Shown: piece by piece, positions 25,789 through 35,094 of the stretch | Layout of the letters: each line of letters opens with the position of its first letter | How positions within the stretch are numbered: position 1 is the stretch's first letter | Source: an uncultured Planctomycetales bacterium | GTDB taxonomy: Bacteria; Omnitrophota; Gorgyraeia; Gygaellales; Profunditerraquicolaceae | Reading direction: 5' to 3' | Assembly (NCBI GenBank): GCA_964603585.1 | Contig: CAZRVK010000005.1 | Span: 18,609 to 71,274 of the forward strand | Length of the DNA stretch: 52,666 nucleotides | Position numbers and translations under genes: made by a program | The notes under the pieces: model-generated | What the model saw: the letters and a program-made list of their open reading frames with translations, nothing else | What the model was told of the DNA's origin: nothing | Databases searched by the model: none

Positions 25789-27666
25789 TTACCCTTCCCG
25801 CAGTTGTTTTTCTGCATCTACCACATCGCGGTTAATTACCCTGACAGTTTCTTTTATCTTCTGGCGCAAGGTATTGGATGCTACCTGCGAGTCATTTATC
25901 TCTTTGAGGATTTGGATACTCATGCGGAAATAGCGGATCACTTCCCCTTCGTCTGTATCCGTAGATTGCAGGATCTTGGCAAAATTTGTTCCGCGCAGCC
26001 AGGCTTCTATGGTCAGACTTAAATTGAAATAGGGGGGTTTACTGAAAGGATATATCCGGTATTGAGTTTCTTTTTCCTGGATTTGAAGGTAAGTCTCATC
26101 ACATATCTTTTTGATCCTGCGGATATTTTTGGCCAGGTTAGGCATATGCTGGTTCTTGCGCGGCTCAAAAACCACCGCTGTAGTGAGTATCCCCAAACCA
26201 AATTCATCCAGTTCTTCTAAAATGCCTGCCGCAAAAAGCTCCGAGAGTATCAATTCATAGCCATAAACATTCCTGGCGAATTTTCCTTTTTGGGTGAGTC
26301 CTGAATTTTCGATATACCCCAGGTCTTTAAGCAGGTTCAATTTCGCCTCTAAAAGTCTGATCGCCTCATTGCGTTTATTTTTTCGCGACTGAAAATAGTG
26401 TAATGACCTGGGATATATCTCAAACAGGCCTTCTTTATGCTTTTCATAAAGGTTAAGCAGGGTAGCGTAAGATGTGTTTAGCTGGCTGTTTACTTCTTCC
26501 GGAGAAGAATAGACCACCAGTTTTGCTTCCTGTGGGCTGATACGGCGGGGATTGATCCGGCAGTAGATAAACCCCTCGGTATCTATCCCGCGCCTGCCGG
26601 CACGCCCAGCCATCTGGTAAAAATCACGGGTTTTTAAATTCCGCACATAATGGCCGTAAAACTTTCGCAGTTCATCAAAGATCACCGTGCGGCTGGGCAT
26701 GTTTATCCCTAAAGCGAAAGTTTCGGTGGTGAATATCACTTTTAAAAGCCGGCTGGTAAACAGGCGTTCGATCACTTCCTTTAAGGTCGGCAGCATCCCG
26801 GCGTGATGAAAGGCTATCCCTTTTTGCACCAAAGGGTACATCTCTTCTGCAGAGCGTTCATGCTTTAATTCAAATCTGCGGCAGAGGTCGTCATACAAGC
26901 TGGTTATCTGGGATTTTTCTTTAGAGTTAAGGAAATTATAACTGTAGAGCTCCCGTGCCAGGTCTTCGGCGCGCCTTCTGCCAAAAACAAAATAAATACA
27001 GGGCAGGCCTTCTTTCTGGCGTATATAATTGATCAGGGTGTTTAGCCTATTGGGGCGGACATCCTTAGTGGGCCGTAACCGGTTGATATTATCGACAATC
27101 TCGTTCTGGCATTGATAGAAGAAATGCAGTGGTACGGGGCGTTTTGGTTCGATGACGGTTTTAATCGGTTTTTTATGTATAGATTCCAGCCACTGGGCAA
27201 GTTGTTCGATGTTAGGGATAGTGGCAGACAGTGCCAGCATATTCATGTGTGCGGGTAAAAATATCAGGGATTCCTCCCAAACCGTACCTCGTTCCGGGTT
27301 ATCTATGTAATGTATTTCATCAAAGATCACCCACTGGTATTTTGCCAGGCTTTCTGGCTCATCCAGTATTTTGTTGCGGAATATTTCTGTCGTCATAATA
27401 AGTACTGGTGCCCCGGGGTTCAGAGAAACGTCTCCGGTCAAGATGCCAATGTTGTCTTTTAGCTGTAATTGAAAATCACGGAATTTCTGGTTAGAGAGGG
27501 CTTTGATAGGAGCGGTATAGATCACTCCGGTTTTGTCCTGGATACAGGTATTGATCACATGTTCGGCAATGGCGGTTTTTCCTGCCCCGGTAGGTGCGGA
27601 GACGATTACCGAATATTTCTGGTTTATATAATTGATTGCATCTTGCTGAAAAGGGTCGTAGATCAT
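25789..27666 (-). CDS. Ski2/HelY-like DEAD/DEAH RNA helicase
   Basis: APTGAGKT, PIKALSNQK, FDEIHY, LSATIPN, FHHAGMLP, QMAGRAGRRG, DSHCT-like end; ATG 27666 preferred over TTG 27702. Confidence 0.92.
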   Translation of the reverse strand: MIYDPFQQDAINYINQKYSVIVSAPTGAGKTAIAEHVINTCIQDKTGVIYTAPIKALSNQKFRDFQLQLKDNIGILTGDVSLNPGAPVLIMTTEIFRNKILDEPESLAKYQWVIFDEIHYIDNPERGTVWEESLIFLPAHMNMLALSATIPNIEQLAQWLESIHKKPIKTVIEPKRPVPLHFFYQCQNEIVDNINRLRPTKDVRPNRLNTLINYIRQKEGLPCIYFVFGRRRAEDLARELYSYNFLNSKEKSQITSLYDDLCRRFELKHERSAEEMYPLVQKGIAFHHAGMLPTLKEVIERLFTSRLLKVIFTTETFALGINMPSRTVIFDELRKFYGHYVRNLKTRDFYQMAGRAGRRGIDTEGFIYCRINPRRISPQEAKLVVYSSPEEVNSQLNTSYATLLNLYEKHKEGLFEIYPRSLHYFQSRKNKRNEAIRLLEAKLNLLKDLGYIENSGLTQKGKFARNVYGYELILSELFAAGILEELDEFGLGILTTAVVFEPRKNQHMPNLAKNIRRIKKICDETYLQIQEKETQYRIYPFSKPPYFNLSLTIEAWLRGTNFAKILQSTDTDEGEVIRYFRMSIQILKEINDSQVASNTLRQKIKETVRVINRDVVDAEKQLREG

Positions 27667-27701
27667 AAGTTTATTATATTCTAAAACAGTTGATTTAGCC
27701 A

Positions 27702-28277
27702 ATGAAAAAGGGTAAAATACATTTTATGGGTTATGAGGTTGCGGTTAATAAGGCTTGGGATGAACTTGCAGGTTTAGTAACTGAAAAAACGGTTTCAGCC
27801 AGGTTTTTAGCCGATGAATATACCGTGAACCTTTTAGCCCGGACGGTTATTTCTTCCTCCTGTAATGTGCCTGCCAAAGATTTTGTTACGGTGATAATCT
27901 TGCATTATCTTATCCGTAAGGTTTCCGGTTTACCGGATTTGACAGGGGAGTGGATGCCTTTTAGGGAATTGGCGGGGATCGAGGGCTATTACGATGCCTT
28001 TCGCAAAAGAGCGATCGATCCGGTCATCAGGAAGTATGGCAAGAATCCAGATAATATCTTTTCTGTATTAGAGCGGTTTCCTTCCAGAAAAGGCGATCTT
28101 GCGGATGCCAGTGTTGTTATTGATGCTTTGCCTGGGGTGCCGGTAATGGTAGAGTTGTGGCGTTCGGATGAGGATTTTGGCCCGGATGCCAATATTATGT
28201 TCGATAAAAGCGTCAGCGGTATTTTTTGCACGGAAGATATTATTGTCCTGGCAGGCCTTGTTGCCGCGAGCTTATAA
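27702..28277 (+). CDS. DUF3786-like protein
   Basis: GEWMPFREL, ALPGVPV..LW..DEDFGPDANIMFD..TEDI. Confidence 0.8.
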   Translation: MKKGKIHFMGYEVAVNKAWDELAGLVTEKTVSARFLADEYTVNLLARTVISSSCNVPAKDFVTVIILHYLIRKVSGLPDLTGEWMPFRELAGIEGYYDAFRKRAIDPVIRKYGKNPDNIFSVLERFPSRKGDLADASVVIDALPGVPVMVELWRSDEDFGPDANIMFDKSVSGIFCTEDIIVLAGLVAASL

Positions 28278-28311
28278 AATAGCGGCCTGTTTTCAAGAAA
28301 AGTCCTTTATA

Positions 28312-28854
28312 ATGAACTTGAGCAAGCTTTTAAAGAAAGCTGTTTTAGCGGTTTTGCCGGTTTTATTCATTGTTTTTTCTTCCTGGGGGAAAGGCCCTGT
28401 ATCAGGCGGATATGATAAAGGCCATAACGAAGAGAATGTTTATGTCAAGCGGGTAGTGGATGGAGATACGTTTGTATTGGAAAACGGCTTGCGGGTAAGA
28501 ATGATAGGGATAGATACTCCGGAGTTGCACCATTCCCAAAAGCTTTCACGCGATGCTAAGCGTACCCGCCAGGACATTGAGGCTATCCAGAAATTGGGCA
28601 AGCGCGCTTATGAATTCACCAGAAATTTGATTGAGGCTAAACAGGTTAAGCTGGAGTTCGATGTGGAAAGGCGTGATAAATACGGCCGGCTTCTGGCTTA
28701 TGTTTATCTGTCTGACGGGACATTTGTCAATGCCGAGATCGTGCATCAGGGATATGCGTCTTTAATGACTATTCCCCCGAATGTAAAGAATGCGGATTTA
28801 TTCGTAAAGTTATACAAAGAGGCGCGCCAAGAGCGCCGGGGGTTGTGGAAATAG
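28312..28854 (+). CDS. Thermonuclease (SNase) family secreted nuclease
   Basis: RVVDGDT, RMIGIDTPE, RDKYGRLLAYVY, EARQERRGLW. Confidence 0.93.
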   Translation: MNLSKLLKKAVLAVLPVLFIVFSSWGKGPVSGGYDKGHNEENVYVKRVVDGDTFVLENGLRVRMIGIDTPELHHSQKLSRDAKRTRQDIEAIQKLGKRAYEFTRNLIEAKQVKLEFDVERRDKYGRLLAYVYLSDGTFVNAEIVHQGYASLMTIPPNVKNADLFVKLYKEARQERRGLWK

Positions 28855-28871
28855 GATAGGCGGGTTTTGTG

Positions 28872-28898
28872 GTAGTGGGGGCGGTCGTGAACGTCCCT
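28872..28898 (+). repeat. Degenerate GTAG-type REP
   Basis: gtagtgggggcggtcgtgaacgtccct. Confidence 0.6.
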
Positions 28899-28938
28899 CG
28901 TAGGGATTTAATGTTTATAATCTAAAGCGGAGGCAATT

Positions 28939-30000
28939 ATGTTAAGGTATTTAACCGCAGGTGAATCGCATGGGCAGGCATTAATGGCAATTTTAGAAGG
29001 CCTGCCGGCAGGTTTAAAAGTAGATATAAATAAGATCAATTATGAGTTAAGGCGCCGCCAACAGGGATATGGCCGGGGAGCCCGGATGAAAATAGAACAT
29101 GACGCGGTCCAGGTGGTTTCAGGTTTGCGCCGCGGCTTAACTTTAGGAAGTCCGGTAGGTTTATTGATCCAAAACCGTGATTTTAGTATCGAAAAAATGC
29201 CGGATGTTTTTTGTCCCCGCCCCGGGCATGCTGATCTGTCTGGGGTTTTAAAATATGGCTTTCGGGATGTCCGGAATGTTTTAGAGCGTGCTTCTGCCAG
29301 GGAAACTGCCGCGAGGGTGGCGGTAGGCGCGGTTTGCAAGATATTGCTTGAACAGTTTGAGATCGTTTTTTCAAGTAAAGTTCTTATGATCGGCGGAGAA
29401 TGTTCTCCTCAAGCGATGATGAAAAAGGTCCGACAGTCGGCGGAAGCCAAGGATACTATAGGCGGTATTTTCCAAGTCGAGGCAAATGGTGTTCCGCCTG
29501 GACTGGGCAGTTATACCAGTGCGGATAAGCGTTTGGATGCGCAGTTGGCAGCCAATATTGTTTCTATTCCCGGGGTAAAGGCGGTGAGTTTCGGCCTGGG
29601 GTTTGGTTATGCTCACAGGTTTGGCTCTCAATGCCATGATGCGATTTATTATTCAAGATCCAAGGATCTTTCTTCTGGCCGGCAGGGGTATTTTCGTAAG
29701 ACCAATAATGCCGGAGGGATCGAGGGCGGTATTTCTAATGGAGAGGAGATTCTTATCCATGCCTGTATGAAACCGATAGCTACTTTACTTAAGCCTCTTG
29801 ATTCAGTAGATATTCGTACGCGGCAGGCTAAAAAAGCTACGGTAGAGCGTTCAGATATCTGTGCGGTAGAATCTGCCGCGGTTATTGGCGAGGCCGGGAC
29901 AGCTTTTGTTTTGGCAAGCGCTTTGCTGGATAAGTTTGGAGCCGATGTTTTAGGGGATATCCGCGCAAATTATACCAATTACCTTAAACGTATAAAATGA
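28939..30000 (+). CDS. aroC: Chorismate synthase
   Basis: TAGESHG, RRQQGYGRG, PRPGHAD, ERASARETA, GGIEGGISNG, MKPIATL, RSDIC. Confidence 0.97.
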   Translation: MLRYLTAGESHGQALMAILEGLPAGLKVDINKINYELRRRQQGYGRGARMKIEHDAVQVVSGLRRGLTLGSPVGLLIQNRDFSIEKMPDVFCPRPGHADLSGVLKYGFRDVRNVLERASARETAARVAVGAVCKILLEQFEIVFSSKVLMIGGECSPQAMMKKVRQSAEAKDTIGGIFQVEANGVPPGLGSYTSADKRLDAQLAANIVSIPGVKAVSFGLGFGYAHRFGSQCHDAIYYSRSKDLSSGRQGYFRKTNNAGGIEGGISNGEEILIHACMKPIATLLKPLDSVDIRTRQAKKATVERSDICAVESAAVIGEAGTAFVLASALLDKFGADVLGDIRANYTNYLKRIK

Positions 30001-30539
30001 TGAAAAAGAATTTATCAAAGTCCGGGGTTAAAGCCGGTAATATTTATCTGGTAGGTTTTATGGGCACAGGTAAGAGTGCCGTAGGAAGGCTTATAGCTAA
30101 AAAAAATAAATTCCAGTTTATTGATCTGGATGAGTTGATCGAGTTGCGCCAAAAGCGGCTTATCTCGGACATTTTTGCTAAAGACGGGGAAGCATATTTC
30201 CGTAAGGTTGAACGGCAGGCCTTGCGGGATGTTTCATGCGAAAGGCATTTTGTGGTTGCCTGCGGAGGAGGGATTGTCATCGATCCGGACAATATGAATA
30301 CCATGAAGAACACCGGCAGGGTTATTTGTTTAAGTGCTACTGCCGAGGCAATCTTAAAAAGGACATCCGGATGCAGCCACCGGCCATTATTGAATGTTAA
30401 AGACCCAAAGAAGCAGATAGAACTATTGCTTAAGTTGCGTGCTCCATATTATGCTGCAGCGGATAAGGTTATCGATACAACGCGTCTTTCTCTGAAACAA
30501 GTAGCAGACAAGATCACCCGATTGATAGGAGGAAAATGA
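29997..30539 (+). CDS. aroK: Shikimate kinase
   Basis: LVGFMGTGKS, DLDELIE, GEAYFR, CGGGIV, RPLL. Confidence 0.95.
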   Translation: MMKKNLSKSGVKAGNIYLVGFMGTGKSAVGRLIAKKNKFQFIDLDELIELRQKRLISDIFAKDGEAYFRKVERQALRDVSCERHFVVACGGGIVIDPDNMNTMKNTGRVICLSATAEAILKRTSGCSHRPLLNVKDPKKQIELLLKLRAPYYAAADKVIDTTRLSLKQVADKITRLIGGK

Positions 30540-31102
30540 TGACAGGTAATTTATCGGTTTTGGTTCTTTTTCCGATACTGGTTTTTAATACATTCTCTTG
30601 CGTTTTCGGCTTAGATTGCAAGGATGAATACGATTGCCTCAATCAGGCCAGCGATTACTATAAAAAAGGGGATTTAGCTACAGCGATCACCTATTATGAC
30701 CGGGCGATCGATATCGATCATAATTATGCCGAAGCTTTTTTAGCCCGGGGGAAAGCTTATTTTAAAGACAGTAATATTACCGAAGCGATGCGTAATTTCA
30801 ACCGGGCCATACAGATCAATCCCAGATATGTTGATGCTTATTTAGCCCGGGGAGTTGCTTTAGCGGCTACTGCTGATTTTGACGGTGCTCTTACCGAATA
30901 TAATAATGCTATCAGGTTCGATCCGGATAACGCCGCGGCATATTACCACAGGGCCGAAGCTTATTATGGCAAGTATATGTATGATAACAGCCGGCAAAGC
31001 TTGGATAAAGCCATACAGTTAGGTTATAAGCCTGACCCACAGTTCGTTAAGGACCTGGTTAAGATGCAGCGTTCGACCGGAGACGTCATAGGTCTCCAAT
31101 AA
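30536..31102 (+). CDS. Exported TPR-repeat protein
   Basis: Hydrophobic N-terminus; repeated A..YDRAI.I..NYAEAF..RG pattern. Confidence 0.88.
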   Translation: MMTGNLSVLVLFPILVFNTFSCVFGLDCKDEYDCLNQASDYYKKGDLATAITYYDRAIDIDHNYAEAFLARGKAYFKDSNITEAMRNFNRAIQINPRYVDAYLARGVALAATADFDGALTEYNNAIRFDPDNAAAYYHRAEAYYGKYMYDNSRQSLDKAIQLGYKPDPQFVKDLVKMQRSTGDVIGLQ

Positions 31103-31114
31103 CAAAAGTCGCAT

Positions 31115-31209
31115 GCAAAAAAGCAAAAAAGGGGACGTTTCTATTTTTTGAAAAAAATAGAAACGTCCCCTTTTTGCTTTTTGCCCTTTTTGCAAACGTC
31201 CCCTTTTTG
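31115..31209. repeat. GGGGACGTTTCTA element locus D (near-perfect palindrome plus extra partial arm)
   Basis: Arms 31125-31149 / 31151-31175, complementary outer GCAAAAAA/TTTTTGC tandems, third partial arm 31194-31209; lies between convergent genes. Confidence 0.95.
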
Positions 31210-31218
31210 TCCAGAAAC

Positions 31219-31530
31219 TTATTTCGTGCTTTCTATATCACATATCGCAACTTCAGCGAATACCGTATCTGGCTCAACAGGTAAACCGTTTAATGCGGGG
31301 ATGATAACCGTGTTTCCGCCCAATTTGGTAGCTTCCATAGTCAATTCAGTATCTATGAGCCATTGTCTTTTTCCCCGCGTATTTACTGTAATATTACTAA
31401 TGACTCTACATTTATATCCGTCAGGAAGAATGCCTTTAGGGGCGATTATTATTTCTACTTTCGGAGTAGTTTTATTTGCACATCCACTAATTAGCATTAC
31501 CATAAGGAATAGATAAATTAATTCTCTTAT
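31219..31530 (-). CDS. Small lipoprotein (possible YbjQ/DUF4156-like fold); start ATA 31530 or ATG 31503
   Basis: Lipobox ISGC; EATKLGGNTVII; AGGAGG RBS precedes in-frame ATA. Confidence 0.65.
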   Translation of the reverse strand: MRELIYLFLMVMLISGCANKTTPKVEIIIAPKGILPDGYKCRVISNITVNTRGKRQWLIDTELTMEATKLGGNTVIIPALNGLPVEPDTVFAEVAICDIESTK

Positions 31531-31685
31531 TTCTCCTCCTTCAGCGTTCTAACTAACCGGATGTTAAACTAATTACTTGAATTGCTCCTTTACTTTGGGG
31601 CGTGTAAGAAAAAAGGGTATCCCGAATCAGCCACTATTTTTATTCCTATTGATGATTTATCTTCCATCCCCCCGTGTATATTTAA

Positions 31686-31714
31686 ATAATACCGCTATGA
31701 CGCATAAAAGTCAA
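31686..31714 (-). promoter_or_regulatory. Sigma70-like promoter for lipoprotein gene
   Basis: TTGACT-17-TATTAT on minus strand, abutting locus E. Confidence 0.65.
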
Positions 31715-31718
31715 CTTT

Positions 31719-31792
31719 GCAAAAAAGGGGACGTTTCTATTTTTCGGGAAAAAATAGAAACGTCCCCTTTTTTGGAAACGTCCCCTTTTTTG
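31719..31792. repeat. GGGGACGTTTCTA element locus E
   Basis: Arms about 31720-31745 / 31748-31774, extra partial arm 31775-31792. Confidence 0.95.
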
Positions 31793-31946
31793 CTTTTACT
31801 GAAAAATAGGTGTTAGATTTAGCGGGGGTTTGCGTCTGTTATATTAGCGAGCAGGATTAGCTTTAGAGATTATTAGACGGCTTTGTGAAAATTTGCTTTG
31901 CTTTATAGATTAAAGATAGTAAAATAAAACAGTCAATTTAAATGCA

Positions 31947-33050
31947 ATGACGAAATTCGAGCTTTTGGTTGGTTTGAATATGGTTTCGGGGATTGGCAGC
32001 GTCCGGTTAAGGAAGCTGTTGGAATATTTCCCTGAACCCGCAGATGTTTTAAATGCTTCCCAAAAAGAGTTGATGTTTACCTGTGGGTTAAGCCAAAAAG
32101 CTGCCGCGCAGGTTTGTTCTTTAAAGAAAGTTGATTTGGCTGGTGAGTTTGCTTCTGTAAAAAAACACGGCCTGACGATTATTACCCAAGATGATGCGCG
32201 TTATCCTGATAATTTGCGGCAGATCCCAGCGCCGCCAATAGTTTTGTATGTCTTAGGCGAATTAAGGGGATCGGATAAACTTAGTATTGGAGTTGTCGGC
32301 AGCCGCAGAGCATCATATTATGGATTGTCCCTGGCTGAACAGTTTTCTTTGGAGTTGGCCTTATCCGGGCTTACAATCGTTTCCGGCTTGGCTCGGGGAG
32401 TAGATACCGCATCCCATAACGGTGCTTTAAAATCAGGCGGCCGTACTATTGCAGTTATGGGCAGCGGATTTGGGCATATTTACCCGCCGGAAAATAAGAA
32501 GTTAGCGAAAAGGATATCTGAACATGGCGCGGTAATTTCGGAATTTGCCATGGATACTCGGCCGTTTCGGGAGAATTTTCCCAGGCGTAACCGTATCGTT
32601 AGCGGCCTAAGCCTAGGAGTATTAGTTGTAGAAGCGGCCCGCAACAGTGGGGCATTGATTACTGCAGACTTTGCCTTAGAGCAGGGCAGGGAAGTTTTTG
32701 CCTTGCCCGGGGCGGTGAATTCACCGAATGCCTTTGGTACGAATGAGTTGATTAAGCAGGGGGCGAAACTGGTTTCTTCCAAAGAGGATGTTTTGGAAGG
32801 TTTGAATTTATTTCTGGCGACAGGTGTACCGCAAGAAAACAGGGGCCTGGATCCGGCAGATGATTTTTCTGATGAAGAGCGTATTTTATATGATTTGATC
32901 TCTGCTCAACCATTATTTTTAGATGAAATCCTTGGAAAGGTTTCATTGGCCATGCCCTTGGCATACGAATTATTATTAAAGTTGCAAATGAAAAAGCTGA
33001 TCAAACAGCTTCCGGGGAAACGATTTGTCAGGGCAAATCAGGCGCTATAA
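31947..33050 (+). CDS. dprA: DNA-processing protein DprA
   Basis: PPIVLYVLG, VVGSRRAS, VSGLARGVD, FPRRNRIVSG, VEAARNSGALITA, GREVFALPG. Confidence 0.96.
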   Translation: MTKFELLVGLNMVSGIGSVRLRKLLEYFPEPADVLNASQKELMFTCGLSQKAAAQVCSLKKVDLAGEFASVKKHGLTIITQDDARYPDNLRQIPAPPIVLYVLGELRGSDKLSIGVVGSRRASYYGLSLAEQFSLELALSGLTIVSGLARGVDTASHNGALKSGGRTIAVMGSGFGHIYPPENKKLAKRISEHGAVISEFAMDTRPFRENFPRRNRIVSGLSLGVLVVEAARNSGALITADFALEQGREVFALPGAVNSPNAFGTNELIKQGAKLVSSKEDVLEGLNLFLATGVPQENRGLDPADDFSDEERILYDLISAQPLFLDEILGKVSLAMPLAYELLLKLQMKKLIKQLPGKRFVRANQAL

Positions 33051-33123
33051 TTAATCTTGGTATAGGTCACTGTGGTGTCGTTTCCTGAAGCGGAGAAAAT
33101 TACAATTATCATGAAAGGATGCT

Positions 33124-35094
33124 ATGAAAAGTAAGAATCTGGTAATAGTCGAATCTCCTACCAAGGCTAAAACCATCAGCAAGATCCTGGGGGATGAATA
33201 TGATGTTATCTCCTCGATGGGGCATTTGATCGATCTGCCTAAGAAAAGCCTGGGGGTGGATATCGAAGGCGGATTTCAGCCGGAGTATGTAGTGATCATG
33301 GGGAGGAAAAAACTTCTTGCTGATCTCAAAAAAGAAGCTAAGAAAAGCGAGAATGTTTATATCGCTACCGACCCTGACCGGGAAGGGGAAGCTATTGGCT
33401 GGAACATCCGGGAACAGATCGCAAAGAAAGATAAGAAGATCTTGCGTGTGGAATTCCATGAGATCACCTCTAGTGCTATCAAAGAGGCATTCAAGCATGC
33501 CCGTGATTTCGACCCTAACATGATCGAAGCACAGATTGGCCGCCGGGTGCTGGACCGGATCGTGGGTTATTTCTTAAGCCCGTTGCTTTGGAAAAAGCTG
33601 GCCCGCGGTTTAAGTGCTGGTCGGGTGCAGTCTGTGGCGCTTCGCCTGGTAGTAGAAAGGGAAAAGGCGATCCGTGATTTTATCCCGCAGGAATACTGGG
33701 AGGTAGAGGCTGAACTTAGCCGGGGAACAGATCAGTTTACTGCTAAACTGGATAAGATCGATGATAAGAAAGCGGAATTAAAGAGCCAACAGGATGCGGA
33801 TGATCTGGTGGCGCACTTAAAGGATAAACCTTTTACGGTTATTAATATCGAGAAAAAAGAAAAAAACCGGTATCCCAGCCCGCCTTTTATTACCAGCACC
33901 TTACAGCAGGATGCCTTTAATAAGTTGAAGTTCAACGCCGTTAAAACCATGATCATTGCCCAACAGCTTTATGAAGGTATTGATATTGGAGAACAAGGCC
34001 CGGTGGGTTTGATCACTTATATGCGTACAGATTCTCCCCGCTCTGCTCCAGAGGCGATCAAAGAAGTCCGGGGTTTAATTGCCGATAATTTCGGTAAGGA
34101 TTATTTGCCTGCAGAACCTAATGCTTATAAGGTAAAAAAACATGCGCAGGAAGCCCATGAGGCGATCCGGCCTACTTTGATCGGCCGCCCTCCCCAAGCC
34201 TTAAAGGATTTCTTGACCGAAGAGCAGTATGAGTTATACACATTGATCTATAACCGTTTTCTTGCCAGTCAAATGACCCCAGCCCGTTATTTAAACATCG
34301 CGGTAGATATTGTTGCCGGCCATTGTTTGTTCAGGGCATCGGGCTCAACTTTGGTTTTTAACGGGTTCATGGCTGTTTATGATACGGATAAAGAGGAAAA
34401 TAAAAAAAACAATCTCCCAGACCTGGAGAGTAATGATGTTTTAACCCTGGTAAAACTGGTCCCTTCCCAGCATTTTACCAAGCCTCCGGCGCGTTTCTCT
34501 GACAGCTCTCTGGTCAAGGTCCTGGAAGAAGAAGGGATTGGACGTCCTTCTACTTATGCCCCGATCATTCAGACGCTGATCTTACGCGATTACATGCGTC
34601 GGATCAAAGGATATTTTCATGCGACAGAATTAGGGTTTAAGGTTTGTGATATGCTGGTGGAATATTTCCCAAAGATCATGGATATTAAGTTTACCGCTTT
34701 GATGGAAGAAGAACTTGACGAAATTGAAGAAGGCAGGTTCGACCGGAAAAAAGTCCTTACGGATTTCTATGCGCCGTTTAAGGAAAGCCTGGATTATGCC
34801 CAGGCTAATATCAAAAAGGAAGTGGTGACGACAGATGAAGTTTGCGAAAAATGCGGTAAGCCGATGATCGTCAAATGGGGAAGAAAAGGTAAATTCTTGA
34901 GTTGTTCGGCGTATCCGGCATGCACCAACTCTAAATCCATTACTACAAAAGTTAAGTGCCCTCAAGAAGACTGCGGCGGAGAGTTGATCGAGCGCCGTTC
35001 AGCGCGCGGATTCTTTTATGGATGCTCCAATTTTCCTAAATGCCGGTTTACCTCGCGTAATTTACCAGATGATAAACCGCAAAGCGAAGAATAA
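33124..35094 (+). CDS. topA: DNA topoisomerase I
   Basis: VIVESPTKAKTI, ATDPDREGEAI, SAGRVQS, ITYMRTDS, GIGRPSTYA, C4 zinc ribbons. Confidence 0.98.
   Translation: MKSKNLVIVESPTKAKTISKILGDEYDVISSMGHLIDLPKKSLGVDIEGGFQPEYVVIMGRKKLLADLKKEAKKSENVYIATDPDREGEAIGWNIREQIAKKDKKILRVEFHEITSSAIKEAFKHARDFDPNMIEAQIGRRVLDRIVGYFLSPLLWKKLARGLSAGRVQSVALRLVVEREKAIRDFIPQEYWEVEAELSRGTDQFTAKLDKIDDKKAELKSQQDADDLVAHLKDKPFTVINIEKKEKNRYPSPPFITSTLQQDAFNKLKFNAVKTMIIAQQLYEGIDIGEQGPVGLITYMRTDSPRSAPEAIKEVRGLIADNFGKDYLPAEPNAYKVKKHAQEAHEAIRPTLIGRPPQALKDFLTEEQYELYTLIYNRFLASQMTPARYLNIAVDIVAGHCLFRASGSTLVFNGFMAVYDTDKEENKKNNLPDLESNDVLTLVKLVPSQHFTKPPARFSDSSLVKVLEEEGIGRPSTYAPIIQTLILRDYMRRIKGYFHATELGFKVCDMLVEYFPKIMDIKFTALMEEELDEIEEGRFDRKKVLTDFYAPFKESLDYAQANIKKEVVTTDEVCEKCGKPMIVKWGRKGKFLSCSAYPACTNSKSITTKVKCPQEDCGGELIERRSARGFFYGCSNFPKCRFTSRNLPDDKPQSEE

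Noticed and set aside
26593-26602. CCTGCCGGCA resembling the 20-bp palindrome
   Set aside because: It encodes helicase motif VI (AGRAGRRG) on the minus strand; a protein constraint, not an insertion.
27667-27701. Only 35 bp between divergent helicase and DUF3786 starts
   Set aside because: Compact, but start assignments are uncertain and promoters within coding regions are common; no distinctive signal seen.
29001-29012. Perfect 12-bp palindrome CCTGCCGGCAGG near the aroC 5' end
   Set aside because: Encodes the conserved EGLPAG motif of chorismate synthase with no length change.
31590-31667. 25-codon minus-strand uORF MEDKSSIGIKIVADSGYPFFLHAPK in the lipoprotein leader
   Set aside because: The G-run abuts the ATG with no RBS spacing and no family is recognisable; could be a gene remnant but is unsupported.
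31148-31816. Plus-strand ORFs 31148-31516 and 31577-31816 containing KIETSPF peptides
   Set aside because: These are translations of the repeat arms and antisense to the lipoprotein gene.
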